Shown piece after piece: positions 63,711-64,000 of a stretch of 64,000 bases of DNA. This DNA comes from Raja brachyura. Its lineage: Eukaryota. The stretch lies in contig OY740800.1 of NCBI GenBank assembly GCA_963514005.1, positions 17,794,001 through 17,858,000 of the forward strand. The letters are read 5' to 3'. Below the pieces are notes generated by a model that saw only the letters and a list, made by a program, of their open reading frames with translations, was not told where the DNA came from and searched no databases. The translations under genes and the position numbers were made by a program. Numbering within the stretch: position 1 is the first letter of the stretch; every line of letters starts with the position of its first letter.

Positions 63711-64000
63711 GTAGTAGGCCCCCCTCGGTCAAGACTGACCATGAGTGATGCATCCTAGTTTGTCTAATGTCATATGGAGGACAGGCTGTTACCCACGCAG
63801 CACGACCCCCCCCCCCCCTCCACGTCTCTGATCGATCCAAAGGAACAGCTGGGCTATTACAGTTTGGCACCAGCGCTGTCGCAGGAGCTGCCAGAGTGAG
63901 GTTGTAGACAACAATGAACTGCCTTAGGGATTCCAACTCCGGATTTTCTTGAGGTTTACTCCTAGAGCCTTTTCCATGACTGGATATGGCCACAAGGCAG
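63711..64000 (-). mobile_element. Short retroposon, possibly RTE-related, running off the window end
   Basis: Abrupt insertion in CR1. The 3' end on - is tggtcagtcttgaccgaggggggcctactac, resembling the end of 12810-13077. Confidence 0.55.

Overview
Eukaryotic, repeat-rich genomic DNA, most likely from a cartilaginous fish (skate or ray). This is inferred from HE1/V-SINE-like SINEs, CR1, Rex1/Babar and Penelope repeats. The + strand carries 16 consecutive GT-AG exons (19331-61370) of anoctamin-6 (ANO6/TMEM16F, Ca2+-activated phospholipid scramblase), matching vertebrate exons ~3-18 in frame. The first and last exons were not found in the window. The introns contain: a truncated DIRS1-type retroelement (gag, RT/RNase H, methyltransferase-like domain), a Gypsy integrase fragment, many LINE/SINE copies, PIF/Harbinger-type MITEs, a foldback-like TIR element, a non-autonomous Helitron, and a near-perfect 2.94-kb tandem duplication. 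A dispersed family of short Penelope-type repeats carries minimal hammerhead ribozyme cores; some copies are ~140-bp insertions flanked by target-site duplications. Most ORFs in the supplied track are spurious or TE-derived. All alignments were done by eye, and reference residue numbering is recalled, not computed.
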